Shown piece after piece: positions 18,075 to 26,472 of a stretch of DNA of 64,000 nucleotides (position 1 is the first letter of the stretch; each line of letters starts with the position of its first letter). The notes under the pieces are model-generated. The model did not search any database. It saw only the letters and a program-made list of their open reading frames with translations, and was not told where the DNA came from. The DNA comes from Dehalococcoidia bacterium (GTDB lineage: Bacteria > Chloroflexota > Dehalococcoidia > Lucifugimonadales > VXLM01): contig DAOUKG010000023.1 of the NCBI GenBank assembly GCA_034421575.1, positions 40,845 to 104,844 of the forward strand, in the 5' to 3' direction. A program made the position numbers and the translations under genes.

Positions 18075-19627
18075 GACAGGCAACGCCGCAGTACCGGATC
18101 ATCTTCAACTGGGACGGCGCGCCCATGGACTACGACGAGCACCCGCAGTCGATCGATCAGCTCATGCGCCAGATCTACGGGCCGCTGGAGGGGACGCAGG
18201 TCGACGCCATGTTCTGGAGCATCGGCTCCCATGAGGCCGAGTGGCCCTCGGAGGTACACGAGCGGCTCGGCGATGGGGAAGGGCGCGTCTACAAGTCGAT
18301 GCGGGCGATGCGCCACTCGGAAGGCGTGCGGAGCATGTTCGAGCGGGTAGAGAACCCCTTTCAGGCGATGGTCGACCGTGGGCGTGAGCTGGGGATGGAC
18401 GTCTATGTCTCCATTCGGATGAACGACAACCACTTCTATGGGACTCGCCCGGAGGACTTCAAGCGTCTGAATCGCGGTACGAAGCTACGGCAGGACCACC
18501 CCGAATGGCTGTTGGACGTGGGCGACGTGCCGGAGCAGCGGGGCATCGGTTCCTGGAACATGGCCATACCCGAAATGAAGGAGCAGAAGCTGTCGTACAT
18601 CCAGGAGGCATGCTTGCAGGCCGACTGGGACGGCGTCGAGCTCGACTGGCAGAGGCACCCGTTTCACGTGCCGGAGAACTACGGCTACCGGCTGCGTTAT
18701 GCCCTGACCGACTTCCAGCGGGCGATCCGCCGGATGACCGACGACATCGCGGCGCAGAGAGGCCGCCCCTTCTACGTGGCTTCGCGGGTGGCGACGACGC
18801 TCGAATCGTGCCGCAACATCGGCTATGACGTGGAGCGCTGGATCGAGGAGGACCTTACCGACATCATCATCGGAGCGGGTGGGTCGGCCACCGACCCGGG
18901 GATGGAGGTCGCCGAATTCAAGACTCTGACGCGGGATACGCACATCCGGCTCTACGGCGGTTTCGACAGCATCTACCGCCAGCAGGCCGAGCGGCTCATT
19001 TCGCATGACGAGTGGCGCGACGCCTGGCTTCGCGCCGTTGCGACCGGATACTACGACCAGGGCGCGGACGGGATGTACACGTTCAACTGGTTCCCCGGCA
19101 AGGAGGCGTGGGGAGGTCTGCTCGACACCATCGGATCACTCGACACGCTGGCAGGCAGGAACAAGCTCTACACCGCTCTCCACAGAGGCCCGACGTACCT
19201 CGAAGGCATAGCGCCGAACGCCGTCAACGACCGCATCTACGGGCAGACCGCCGTCGTCCTCTTCAGGTCGCTCACCCACGAGGGCCCGACGATTGACGTG
19301 CCCGTCTACGACGACGTTGGGGCGCAGGCCGACGACATAGACGTGATCAGGTTGATGATCGAGTTCGAGCACTGGGCGCCCGACGACGAGGTGGAGGTGA
19401 GCCTGGACGGTGCCGTGCTCGGCGAGCCTGATATCCAAGATGCCGCAGCGCTCAGCGGAGATCCGACGGACGTATCGGAGAACAAGTGGCTCACGTGGGA
19501 CCTGACACCCGCCCAGGCCGCGAAGGGCAGTCACGCGGTCAAGGTAGTCCTCCTCAACCGCGACGAACGCATCGGCGTCCCGCTGATCGTCAAGTCGGTG
19601 GATGTGTACGTGGCGTATGGGGGCTGA
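18071..19627 (+). CDS. Hypothetical protein, possibly a TIM-barrel glycoside-hydrolase-like fold
   Basis: The ATG at 18071 overlaps the upstream TGA (ATGA) and follows AGGAGGA. 518 aa with alternating beta/alpha pattern (IIFNWDG...DVYVSIRMND...DGVELDWQRHP...). I do not recognise a confident family. Confidence 0.6.
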   Translation: MRQATPQYRIIFNWDGAPMDYDEHPQSIDQLMRQIYGPLEGTQVDAMFWSIGSHEAEWPSEVHERLGDGEGRVYKSMRAMRHSEGVRSMFERVENPFQAMVDRGRELGMDVYVSIRMNDNHFYGTRPEDFKRLNRGTKLRQDHPEWLLDVGDVPEQRGIGSWNMAIPEMKEQKLSYIQEACLQADWDGVELDWQRHPFHVPENYGYRLRYALTDFQRAIRRMTDDIAAQRGRPFYVASRVATTLESCRNIGYDVERWIEEDLTDIIIGAGGSATDPGMEVAEFKTLTRDTHIRLYGGFDSIYRQQAERLISHDEWRDAWLRAVATGYYDQGADGMYTFNWFPGKEAWGGLLDTIGSLDTLAGRNKLYTALHRGPTYLEGIAPNAVNDRIYGQTAVVLFRSLTHEGPTIDVPVYDDVGAQADDIDVIRLMIEFEHWAPDDEVEVSLDGAVLGEPDIQDAAALSGDPTDVSENKWLTWDLTPAQAAKGSHAVKVVLLNRDERIGVPLIVKSVDVYVAYGG

Positions 19628-19643
19628 GGGCGGGTGCAAAGCA

Positions 19644-19937
19644 ATGAATGAGACATTCGACCGTTGGGACGCCGCCGAGGAGTTGGCACACCACCCGGAA
19701 GACGCCGCCATGTATCTCGAAGCCTGTGTGGACGAGGACCCAGGGGACGGAAGCGTTATCTTGGCAGCCCTGAACGATATCGCCCGCGCGCAGAGCATGA
19801 GCGGGCTGGCCCGCGACGCCGGGTTGAATCGGAGCAACTTATACAAGGCGCTATCCGAAAGTGGCAACCCTTCCTTTAGCACTGTGCTCAAAATTCTCCG
19901 GGCTTTGAATCTAAGGCTACGCATTGAAGCCGCATAA
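19644..19937 (+). CDS. Addiction-module antidote protein, HigA-family HTH (no adjacent toxin)
   Basis: FDRWDAAEELAHHPEDAAMYLEACVDEDPGDGSVILAALNDIARAQSMSGLARDAGLNRSNLYKALSESGNPSFSTVLKILRALNLRL closely follows the consensus I remember for the 'probable addiction module antidote protein' family. Confidence 0.85.
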   Translation: MNETFDRWDAAEELAHHPEDAAMYLEACVDEDPGDGSVILAALNDIARAQSMSGLARDAGLNRSNLYKALSESGNPSFSTVLKILRALNLRLRIEAA

Positions 19938-20110
19938 GGTTCCCTTCTCAAGACCGCGAAACGCACGACCCCAGCCCCCTCTACACAACCGAACTCGCCT
20001 GCCTCGCCCACGACCCTAGACGGTAGGGATGTGAAACTACCGTTGTGCATGGCCTCTTAAAGAAGGACTGTGCAGTCGTACCCCAAACACCGCTCTTTGC
20101 GTCAGTTCCC

Positions 20111-20139
20111 TTGATAATGCTATCATCGATTGCTATCAT
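20111..20139 (+). promoter_or_regulatory. hicAB promoter candidate with direct-repeat operator. Predicts a leaderless or near-leaderless mRNA
   Basis: TTGATA (20111-20116), a 17-nt spacer, then TATCAT (20134-20139). The GTG start of hicA is at 20146, only 6 nt after the -10. tgctatcat occurs twice (20118-20126 and 20131-20139). Confidence 0.55.
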
Positions 20140-20145
20140 GTCCTT

Positions 20146-20403
20146 GTGAGAAACAAACACCGTAGAACCCTCTCACTAATCTTCCAGCACCCCACCCATG
20201 CGGGAGTACGATGGACTGATATAGAGTCGCTGCTCCTTGCCTGTGGCGCAGAAATCGAAGAGCGGGCTGGTTCTAGAGTTGCCATCAGATTGAAGGGTAT
20301 TCGTGCTCACGCTCACCGCCCACATCCTCGAACTGAAGCCAGCAAAGGCCTGGTCGAAGCGATGAGAGACTTATTCAGAGAGGCAGGGATAGAGCCATGT
20401 TGA
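20146..20403 (+). CDS. hicA: Type II toxin HicA family (mRNA interferase)
   Basis: 85 aa: RRTLSLIFQHPTHAGVRWTDIESLLLACGAEIEERAGSRVAIRLKGIRAHAHRPHP...KGLVEAMRDLFREAGI is a HicA-like pattern. It overlaps the downstream hicB by 7 nt. Confidence 0.8.
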   Translation: MRNKHRRTLSLIFQHPTHAGVRWTDIESLLLACGAEIEERAGSRVAIRLKGIRAHAHRPHPRTEASKGLVEAMRDLFREAGIEPC

Positions 20404-20729
20404 CCTACAAGGGATATCAGGCGAAAGTGGATATCGACTACGATACCGGAGCTCTATATGGGCGGGTGGTCAACACCCGCGATGTCATCTTCTTTGAAGC
20501 GACCTCCTTTGAACAGCTGAAGAAGGAGTTCGAGGTTTCCGTTGACGATTACCTGGCTATGTGCGCTGAGAGGGGCGAAGAGCCGGACAGGCCCTACTCT
20601 GGGAAGATCGCTCTTCGAGTACGACCTGAACTTCACCGGGCAGCGACCACAGCCGCGAAAGTGCAGGGAAAGAGCCTAAACGCGTGGTTGTCCGATGTCA
20701 TTGAAAGTACAGTTGAGCAAACTGCTTAA
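20397..20729 (+). CDS. hicB: Type II antitoxin HicB family with C-terminal RHH-like tail
   Basis: YKGYQAKVDIDYDTGALYGRVVNTRDVIFFEATSFEQLKKEFEVSVDDYLAMCAERGEEPDRPYSGKIALRVRPELHRAA...SLNAWL is the typical HicB arrangement. Confidence 0.85.
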   Translation: MLTYKGYQAKVDIDYDTGALYGRVVNTRDVIFFEATSFEQLKKEFEVSVDDYLAMCAERGEEPDRPYSGKIALRVRPELHRAATTAAKVQGKSLNAWLSDVIESTVEQTA

Positions 20730-20990
20730 CTAGCCAAGAGGTCTTGGCAGGTTTGGTCCAATCGCGGTTATCTTATTGCGGGACTATCGACGTGTGGCAG
20801 CCGACCTTTGAGGAAATGACACGAGCAAAGAGGCCTTCGCTGCTCGATCCCCGAGGAATCACAGCTTGGTCGCTTTAGTGCTCCCCTCTACGTGGGTCGC
20901 TAGGGTCGCCACTCGCGGCCCCGACTGGATACCGGCCTCCGCCGGTATGACGGACTCGTGGCATTGTTACGAGGGATGTAGCTGCGTTTT

Positions 20991-22607
20991 CTACCCCTCG
21001 CTCTCGTAGAGCTCGGTGTTGGGGTAGAAGGCGAACCAGCCGAACCAGAACGATGAGTGAGTGGGGATGCGGGCCAGCGTCTGGGACGAGTCTGCCGCGT
21101 TCACCAATGCCTCTTCCGTGACGTTCCACTCTTGGCCGCTCTGGTCCACGACCTTCATGGGAATGCCGGTCGAGGTGTCGTCCTGAAGGCGCGAGAACTC
21201 CTGGTCGCCGCGCTCGTATGCAGTGGCGGCCTGGGATAGCTCGGAGGCGAGGACGACGATGTTCGTCTCGCCCAGCACGTCGTTGACGACCCGGTCGGTC
21301 TGCAGCGCGGTGACGGGATAGGCCTTCGTAGCCTCGCCGATCCTCACGCCGAGAACCACGTCCTTGGCCTCCAGGCTGTCGTCCCGGATCCATACGGGGA
21401 ACATCGTCTCGGGAGTGTTGAAGTACTGATAGTACGTGGCGTTGGGATTGTCCTCGGGGAAGTACCTTCCCGGCTGGTAGACGCCGGTGTTGAGGGAGAG
21501 CACCGTGGTGTCGGGATGCGTGTTCTTCCACTCGCCCCACGTCGTGAGCAGGGTCGGGAAGAAGTCCAGTTGTATGCCGCTGTCGGCCAGTTCACCTATG
21601 ACCGGCTGTCCCAGTTCCTGGTTCCACAGTGAAAGGGTCTCGCGGTCGTACATGATCTTGTTGCTGCGATAGAGGAACCCCGACGTTCCGAATGTGGTCT
21701 CGATATCGTTGAACTTGCCGCTGTACGCGATGCCTGCGCCGCAGAGCGTGCAGTATGCAAGGGAGATCGGCTCGCCGCCGAGGACGTCGTTCGCCATCTC
21801 GTGCGGGTTCATGATGCGGAGGGGATATGCGCGGTGCTCCCCGTTGATCGACACGCCGAAGACACGCTCGTGACTTTCGAGGTAGTCGGCCTCTTCGGCG
21901 GGAATGCTGGGAGGGAACTCCAATGGTGGTATGCCGTCGGGCGCGACGCCGCCCCACTCGATCTCGAACGGCTCGATGCGCGAGGTATCCTCGTAGCCCT
22001 GCAGGAGCTGCTCGAATCCGGGATGGATGCCTGCGAGGAAGCGGCGCTTGAGCTGCGGGTAGCCGTCGGGAGGACGGTACTCGTCCAGATTTGCGCCGAC
22101 CCACTCGAACCATGAGTGCCATTCCCCGCCGAAGTCCTGTCCTGTGAGCTCCTTGAGCGTGAGAAGCGCCTCCTCCAACACTTCCAGGCGGTTGACGTAT
22201 CTCATGAGCGTCACGATGACGGGCACCATGGACTTGTCCCCCTGGTGACGGGCCGACTGCATCCCGTCGATGGCCAGTCCGGGATTCGGGGAGAGGTCAT
22301 TGAACACGGTGCTGCTGATGCCCTGGAATATCTTGGACATCGGGAGGACAGAGTCGTACTCCCTGTCGCTCAAAGGCGTGGGAACGGCGGTCGGCTCTTC
22401 GGAGCTTGACTCGGCGACGGGGGTAGGGCGCGGCGTGGGGGTATTCGCGGTCTGCTGTGGGGCAGGCTGCGCGGGGGGAGGGGGTGAGAGTTCGTCCTCC
22501 GTCGGGAGTTCAGGCGGGCCCGCGCTCGATCCGCAGGCGACGGCAAAGGCCAGCAACGTCGCGACGGCGACGGCCCAGGTAGTTCGTGAGAGGAATGGGA
22601 TGTGCAT
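20991..22607 (-). CDS. DUF3179 domain-containing lipoprotein
   Basis: Lipobox FAVAC, a P/T/E-rich linker, then a core FGVSINGEHRAYPLRIMNPHEMANDVLGGEPISLAYCTLCGAGIAYS...FGTSGFLYRSNKIMYDRETLSLWNQ that matches my memory of DUF3179. Confidence 0.8.
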   Translation of the reverse strand: MHIPFLSRTTWAVAVATLLAFAVACGSSAGPPELPTEDELSPPPPAQPAPQQTANTPTPRPTPVAESSSEEPTAVPTPLSDREYDSVLPMSKIFQGISSTVFNDLSPNPGLAIDGMQSARHQGDKSMVPVIVTLMRYVNRLEVLEEALLTLKELTGQDFGGEWHSWFEWVGANLDEYRPPDGYPQLKRRFLAGIHPGFEQLLQGYEDTSRIEPFEIEWGGVAPDGIPPLEFPPSIPAEEADYLESHERVFGVSINGEHRAYPLRIMNPHEMANDVLGGEPISLAYCTLCGAGIAYSGKFNDIETTFGTSGFLYRSNKIMYDRETLSLWNQELGQPVIGELADSGIQLDFFPTLLTTWGEWKNTHPDTTVLSLNTGVYQPGRYFPEDNPNATYYQYFNTPETMFPVWIRDDSLEAKDVVLGVRIGEATKAYPVTALQTDRVVNDVLGETNIVVLASELSQAATAYERGDQEFSRLQDDTSTGIPMKVVDQSGQEWNVTEEALVNAADSSQTLARIPTHSSFWFGWFAFYPNTELYESEG

Positions 22608-22737
22608 AGCTGCTCGCTCGGGGTGGGGGATTTGGAGGGTCTATTTGGAGGGTCTATTAGGGAAAACGAATTCTTTGCATATAAAGATAGCAGAACGGCC
22701 TGGTTCATACCGATGGTCGGGGTACCCAATGGGGTGA

Positions 22738-22952
22738 GTGTTCAGAGTTGGTGAGAGGGAATAACCCTCACCCTAGCCCTCTCCCACGAACGGGAGAGGG
22801 GACTGAATTCCCGCCTACGCCGGTATGACGGTGGCTGGGTATCTGGTGTTCTCACGAGGTCTGGGGTGGTTCGGATGCGGATGGCGACCCGTTGGGCGGG
22901 AAGCACGCCCCGCCCCTGCTGGATACCGGCATACGCCGGTATGACGGTAAGG
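22738..22952. repeat. REP-like module array
   Basis: tgttcagagttggtgagaggg, ccctcaccctagccctctcccacgaacgggagaggg and two ggataccggc...cgccggtatgacgg hairpins. The same modules occur at 20925-20955, 44850-44905, 50801-50837 and 51975-52055. Confidence 0.85.
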
Positions 22953-22962
22953 TACTCGTCTG

Positions 22963-23463
22963 CTAGGGCGAAGGCGTGGCCAGGGGTGAGATGTCGTCCC
23001 AGCCGTAGGCGACTACGCCGAGATCGCAATCGCGGACGGTCATGGTCTGGCGCCTGAATTCGGTGCCGCCGAGGGACTCGTAGAATCTTCGATACGGGTT
23101 ATCTTCAAAGACCCACATGTACATGGTCGCATGGCCTTGCGACAAGAGCCACGCGCAGAATTGACCTACCAGTCTATGGCCTATGCCCTGCCGTTGATAG
23201 GACTCCAGCAAATAGATCCCGTACAGTTCGCCGGTGTGGTTAGTGTCGTCCCGAGCGCGACCGCCGTTTACAAACCCGACGACTCCGTCTCCACTGTGCT
23301 CGGCGACGTAGGTAATCTGGGTCTCATCGGCGATGAGCATACGCCAGACGCGCTCACGCTCCACAAGGTCTAAAGTTGCGAGGTGTTCGTCCGGAACGAT
23401 TCCCACGTAGGCGGAACGCCAAGTCTCGACTTGGACGCGGGCGATTGCGGGCGCGTCGGACAT
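22963..23463 (-). CDS. GNAT family N-acetyltransferase
   Basis: Starts at the ATG at 23463 (MSDAPAIARVQVETWRSAY...). The acetyl-CoA-binding motif is QRQGIGHRLV. The longer ORF extension to 23700 overlaps rpsR and is rejected. Confidence 0.85.
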   Translation of the reverse strand: MSDAPAIARVQVETWRSAYVGIVPDEHLATLDLVERERVWRMLIADETQITYVAEHSGDGVVGFVNGGRARDDTNHTGELYGIYLLESYQRQGIGHRLVGQFCAWLLSQGHATMYMWVFEDNPYRRFYESLGGTEFRRQTMTVRDCDLGVVAYGWDDISPLATPSP

Positions 23464-23483
23464 GATCGCCCGACGGATACGCA

Positions 23484-23900
23484 CTAGCTGAAGGAACGCG
23501 CTCGGCCGGCCCTGTGGTGCCTCGTATAGGGGAGCATGGCGAGGTAGCGCGCGCGCTTGATGGCGCGGGCGAGCGGCCTCTGGCACTTCGCGCACATGCC
23601 CGTCTTGCGGCGGGACTCCACCTTCGCCTGGTCGGTGAGGAACCGTCGGAGGAAGTCGATGTCCTTGTAGTCGATCTTCTGTCCCTCGGCGCAGGGGCAT
23701 ATCCGCCGTCGGCGGGGGAAATACCTTCCACGGGGCCGACGCGGCGGGCCGCCACCTGGACGTCCTCCCTGATAGGGTGGGCGTCCTCCCCCCTGGTAGG
23801 GTGGGCGTGGGCCGGATTGCGGAGGCCCTGAAGGCCTGTCCTGCGGCGGGCCCGAAGGGGGTCCCGGCGGAGTGCTGGGTGCTGGAGGTTGGGTTGTCAC
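23484..23900 (-). CDS. rpsR: 30S ribosomal protein S18 with ~65-aa Pro/Gly-rich N-terminal extension
   Basis: The C-terminal [49 protein letters not shown] is canonical S18. The N-terminus is [36 protein letters not shown]. The true start within the extension is unverified. Confidence 0.85.
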   Translation of the reverse strand: MTTQPPAPSTPPGPPSGPPQDRPSGPPQSGPRPPYQGGGRPPYQGGRPGGGPPRRPRGRYFPRRRRICPCAEGQKIDYKDIDFLRRFLTDQAKVESRRKTGMCAKCQRPLARAIKRARYLAMLPYTRHHRAGRARSFS

Positions 23901-23942
23901 GTGAGTCGTCTCCCTCGTCTCATCCTGATGGTCGTTGATTAT

Positions 23943-24365
23943 TTACCAGGGCAGGTCTTCGACGCCGTCCGGAGGCGGGCCGGGGGCGTATCCACCGCCG
24001 CCACCGCCCACGTCGCCGCCCTGTCCGGGTCCGCCATCGCCGGGGCGGTTGAGGAATCGAACATCGAAGGCGTTTACGTCAACGCTTGTACGGGTCTGAC
24101 CATCCTGGCCGACGTACTCTCGGACGTTCAATCTGCCGTCGACATATACCTTCATGCCTTTGACGACGTACTGGTTGCAGGTCTCGGCGAGACGGTTCCA
24201 CGCGGACACGCGGAACCACTGCGTCTCTTCACGCTGTTCCCCCTGCGTCGTATACCTATGGGTTGTGGCGACGGAGAACGATGTGACGGGGTTCCCGCTC
24301 GGGGTATACCGCATCTCCGGGTCGCCGCCGACGTTGCCGATGATGATGATCTTGTTCATTGTCAT
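23943..24365 (-). CDS. ssb: Single-stranded DNA-binding protein
   Basis: MNKIIIIGNVGGDPEMRYTPSGNPVTSFSVATT...WFRVSAWNRLAE OB-fold, a Gly-rich tail and an acidic tip DGVEDLPW. Confidence 0.95.
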   Translation of the reverse strand: MTMNKIIIIGNVGGDPEMRYTPSGNPVTSFSVATTHRYTTQGEQREETQWFRVSAWNRLAETCNQYVVKGMKVYVDGRLNVREYVGQDGQTRTSVDVNAFDVRFLNRPGDGGPGQGGDVGGGGGGYAPGPPPDGVEDLPW

Positions 24366-24380
24366 GGTTGGTCTTGCCCC

Positions 24381-24680
24381 CTACAGCCTGACGACGAGCG
24401 CCCGCAGGATGTCCTCGGAGGACTTGAGGTACCTGTCGAGGTTCTGGGCCATGCCCACGTCGAGCTTGAAAGTCGTGAGGGAGTAGTTCCCCTCCATGAA
24501 CTTCTTGATGGGATAGGCGAAGCGCTTGAGGCCCCAGACATCCCGCTCCTTGATCTCGCCGCCCCGCTCCGTGATCCAACCGTCTACCCGGTCGAGGATT
24601 CCCGTGAGCTCTTCCTCGGTCGCCTCGGGACTGAGGATTATCACAACTTCGTAATCTCTGACTCGCTGCTGCGCTACCAC
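24381..24680 (-). CDS. rpsF: 30S ribosomal protein S6
   Basis: RDYEVVIILSPEATEEEL...ERDVWGLKRFAYPIKKFMEGNY. It sits in the conserved rpsF-ssb-rpsR arrangement. Confidence 0.92.
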   Translation of the reverse strand: MVAQQRVRDYEVVIILSPEATEEELTGILDRVDGWITERGGEIKERDVWGLKRFAYPIKKFMEGNYSLTTFKLDVGMAQNLDRYLKSSEDILRALVVRL

Positions 24681-24758
24681 GTCATCTCCTGCCGCAATGG
24701 GACTCTATACAAAATGCACAGATAGGAATTATAGCACGGTCACGGTGTGAACGGACAG

Positions 24759-24913
24759 TAGGTTGTGTTGACGTTTCCCGTCATTCCCGCGAAAGCGGGA
24801 ATCTATTCCTCACAGAGAGTATTTGTGCACCCGACTCTGGATTCCCGCGTTCGCGGGAATGACGACTTGATCGCGGATAAGAATGAGAATATCAAGAATG
24901 TCTACACAACTTA
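24759..24913 (+). mobile_element. MITE copy A (151 bp plus TA flanks)
   Basis: TA|ggttgtgttgacgtttcccgtcattcccgcgaaagcgggaatc...aagaatgtctacacaact|TA. Homologous to 31220-31401 and, inverted, to 43407-43561. Confidence 0.85.
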
Positions 24914-25011
24914 GTACTGCGACGGGTTCGCAGAGTAACCGTCTCGGCATGGAAACACTTGGTTGGATGGCAGAACATCTATGCCCCTGAAGCATCCGAA
25001 ACTTCATAGCC

Positions 25012-26145
25012 CTAGCCGGAGAATGCTCTCATTATCTCCTTGTTGGCGGAAATACTCTGTTTCGTCCTAGTTATCAGGCCCATCTCGCTTAGTGCGTTGA
25101 GATCTCGAGTGATTGTCTTATCCGTCTTGCCGGAGTAGGCTTCAGCCAGCCTGGGCGAGAGAAGACGGATGTCTCGTCGCCGGACGGGGCCGTCACGTTC
25201 GGACAGATCTAACACCAGGTGCCTCCTCCTGGTGTCGGCGGGTCCGGAGCGGTCGCGGAATTTCGTATGGATAGAGTTGGTCCACATATCTTTCCTAATC
25301 TGGTCTCCGATGGCCTCAACCTGCTCAGTTAGGCCATCCACAAAGCCCTGAAGCGCATAGACGAGAAAACCCATCACTCCGTTGTTTTCTCTGCTGGCCC
25401 TGTCCAACCTGCGGTAGTATTCGGAACGAGTCTCGTTATAGTGGTTGCTCAGAAGGTGGCTGGCGGGGTTGGGCACTCCGGCGCTCAGAAGTATTTGGTA
25501 CTCGACCAGTCGTGCGACTCGTCCGTTGCCATCGCCAAAGGGGTGTATCCAGAGCAGGTACAGATGGGCGAGGATGGCTTTCAAAACGGGTAGGGCAAGA
25601 TTCGAGTGTCCCACCTCGGAGCTCATGCCGTCGAGCCATTGGAAGAGGTGATTGAGCAGGTATTCGCAATCTCTCGCGGGCGCTCCTCTATAGCGGGCAA
25701 CGACTACATCATGAGAGCGGATCTCACCCGGCACGATGTCGTCGTCGAGTTCGAGGTCCTGCAGCACCCTGCGATTGAGATACTTGATGTGATTCACGTC
25801 CAGCGGCGGGATTTGATCACCGTCAACCATCTCGTTGAATACGCCCAGTATGTTGCCGACTTCTATGCCGAGGTACTCTTTGGAGGGGGGCAGGCGAAGT
25901 CGCCCGCGCGCGAACTCCGACACCTCTTCTTGGGACAAGGTGTTGCCTTCAATGGCCGTGGTCGCGTGCGCTCCTCTCTCAAGAGAGACGCGATTGAGTC
26001 TCCTTGCGGTTTCCGGCATGAGTGGCATTCCGGCGATAACCTCACACTTGGAGCAGGCGTCTCCCAGCAGAGTCCAGAACCTCACCGGAGCGTCTCTCAT
26101 GTCCAGGGTGAAGGTTATCCATGGATGGGTATCGAGATATGTCAT
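25012..26145 (-). CDS. Fic family protein (class II, with N-terminal inhibitory helix) and C-terminal wHTH-like domain
   Basis: Fic motif HPFGDGNGRVARL. The upstream TTAIEGN fits the (S/T)xxxE(G/N) inhibitory motif. Hand-counted GC is lower (45% and 60% in two 60-nt lines) than in neighbouring genes. Confidence 0.9.
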   Translation of the reverse strand: MTYLDTHPWITFTLDMRDAPVRFWTLLGDACSKCEVIAGMPLMPETARRLNRVSLERGAHATTAIEGNTLSQEEVSEFARGRLRLPPSKEYLGIEVGNILGVFNEMVDGDQIPPLDVNHIKYLNRRVLQDLELDDDIVPGEIRSHDVVVARYRGAPARDCEYLLNHLFQWLDGMSSEVGHSNLALPVLKAILAHLYLLWIHPFGDGNGRVARLVEYQILLSAGVPNPASHLLSNHYNETRSEYYRRLDRASRENNGVMGFLVYALQGFVDGLTEQVEAIGDQIRKDMWTNSIHTKFRDRSGPADTRRRHLVLDLSERDGPVRRRDIRLLSPRLAEAYSGKTDKTITRDLNALSEMGLITRTKQSISANKEIMRAFSG

Positions 26146-26443
26146 TGTGGATTCACATACAAGCGCTCATGTCACAAGAGTTATTTTACAGCAAATTATG
26201 TCCCTCGAAAATGTCCGGTCGCTGAGGGGAGAACGAAACCGAATGTCTTCCTCTGCTTGGCTCAAGGTATTCGCATCTGAGCCCCGACGCGCATTACGTT
26301 GTGAGTGGCGCGCAGGAGCCATGAGAATAAGGTGAATCGGCTGACCCAAACCGGCCGTGGGCCTTGTTTTCGAGGGACATTGCGGGACATTGTGGGACTT
26401 TTCAGGGAGTGTTGTATAGCGGCGGAGTACCCGTCGTGCAAGT

Positions 26444-26472
26444 AGAGTAAACCATATGTTCTTATGCGTCAA
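26444..26472 (-). promoter_or_regulatory. Sigma-70-like promoter candidate (TTGACG-17 nt-TACTCT) upstream of fic. Homologue of 2929-2957
   Basis: The minus strand reads TTGACGcataagaacatatggttTACTCT. Three phased (A/T)GTCCC repeats (26374-26399 on the plus strand) start 45 nt downstream, the same spacing as at 3002-3027. Confidence 0.4.

Noticed and set aside
16737-18083. Long antisense ORFs in high-GC genes: 16737..18083(-), 17399..18433(-), 29870..31306(-), 46526..47563(+), 54472..55644(+), 57256..58662(+), 61054..62523(-), 39423..40541(-) and 23889..24725(+).
   Set aside because: Each is opposite a gene with clear family motifs. Their translations are Arg/Pro/Gly/Ala/Val-rich with no recognisable domains, which is the typical stop-codon-poor antisense frame of GC-rich DNA.
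22963-23700. The full 245-aa ORF as the acetyltransferase gene, and the 42424..42813 and 45004..46365 full-length ORFs likewise.
   Set aside because: The N-terminal extensions overlap neighbouring genes or repeat modules and are Arg/Pro-rich. Family homology begins at the internal starts (23463, 42681 and 46236), which also have better start contexts.
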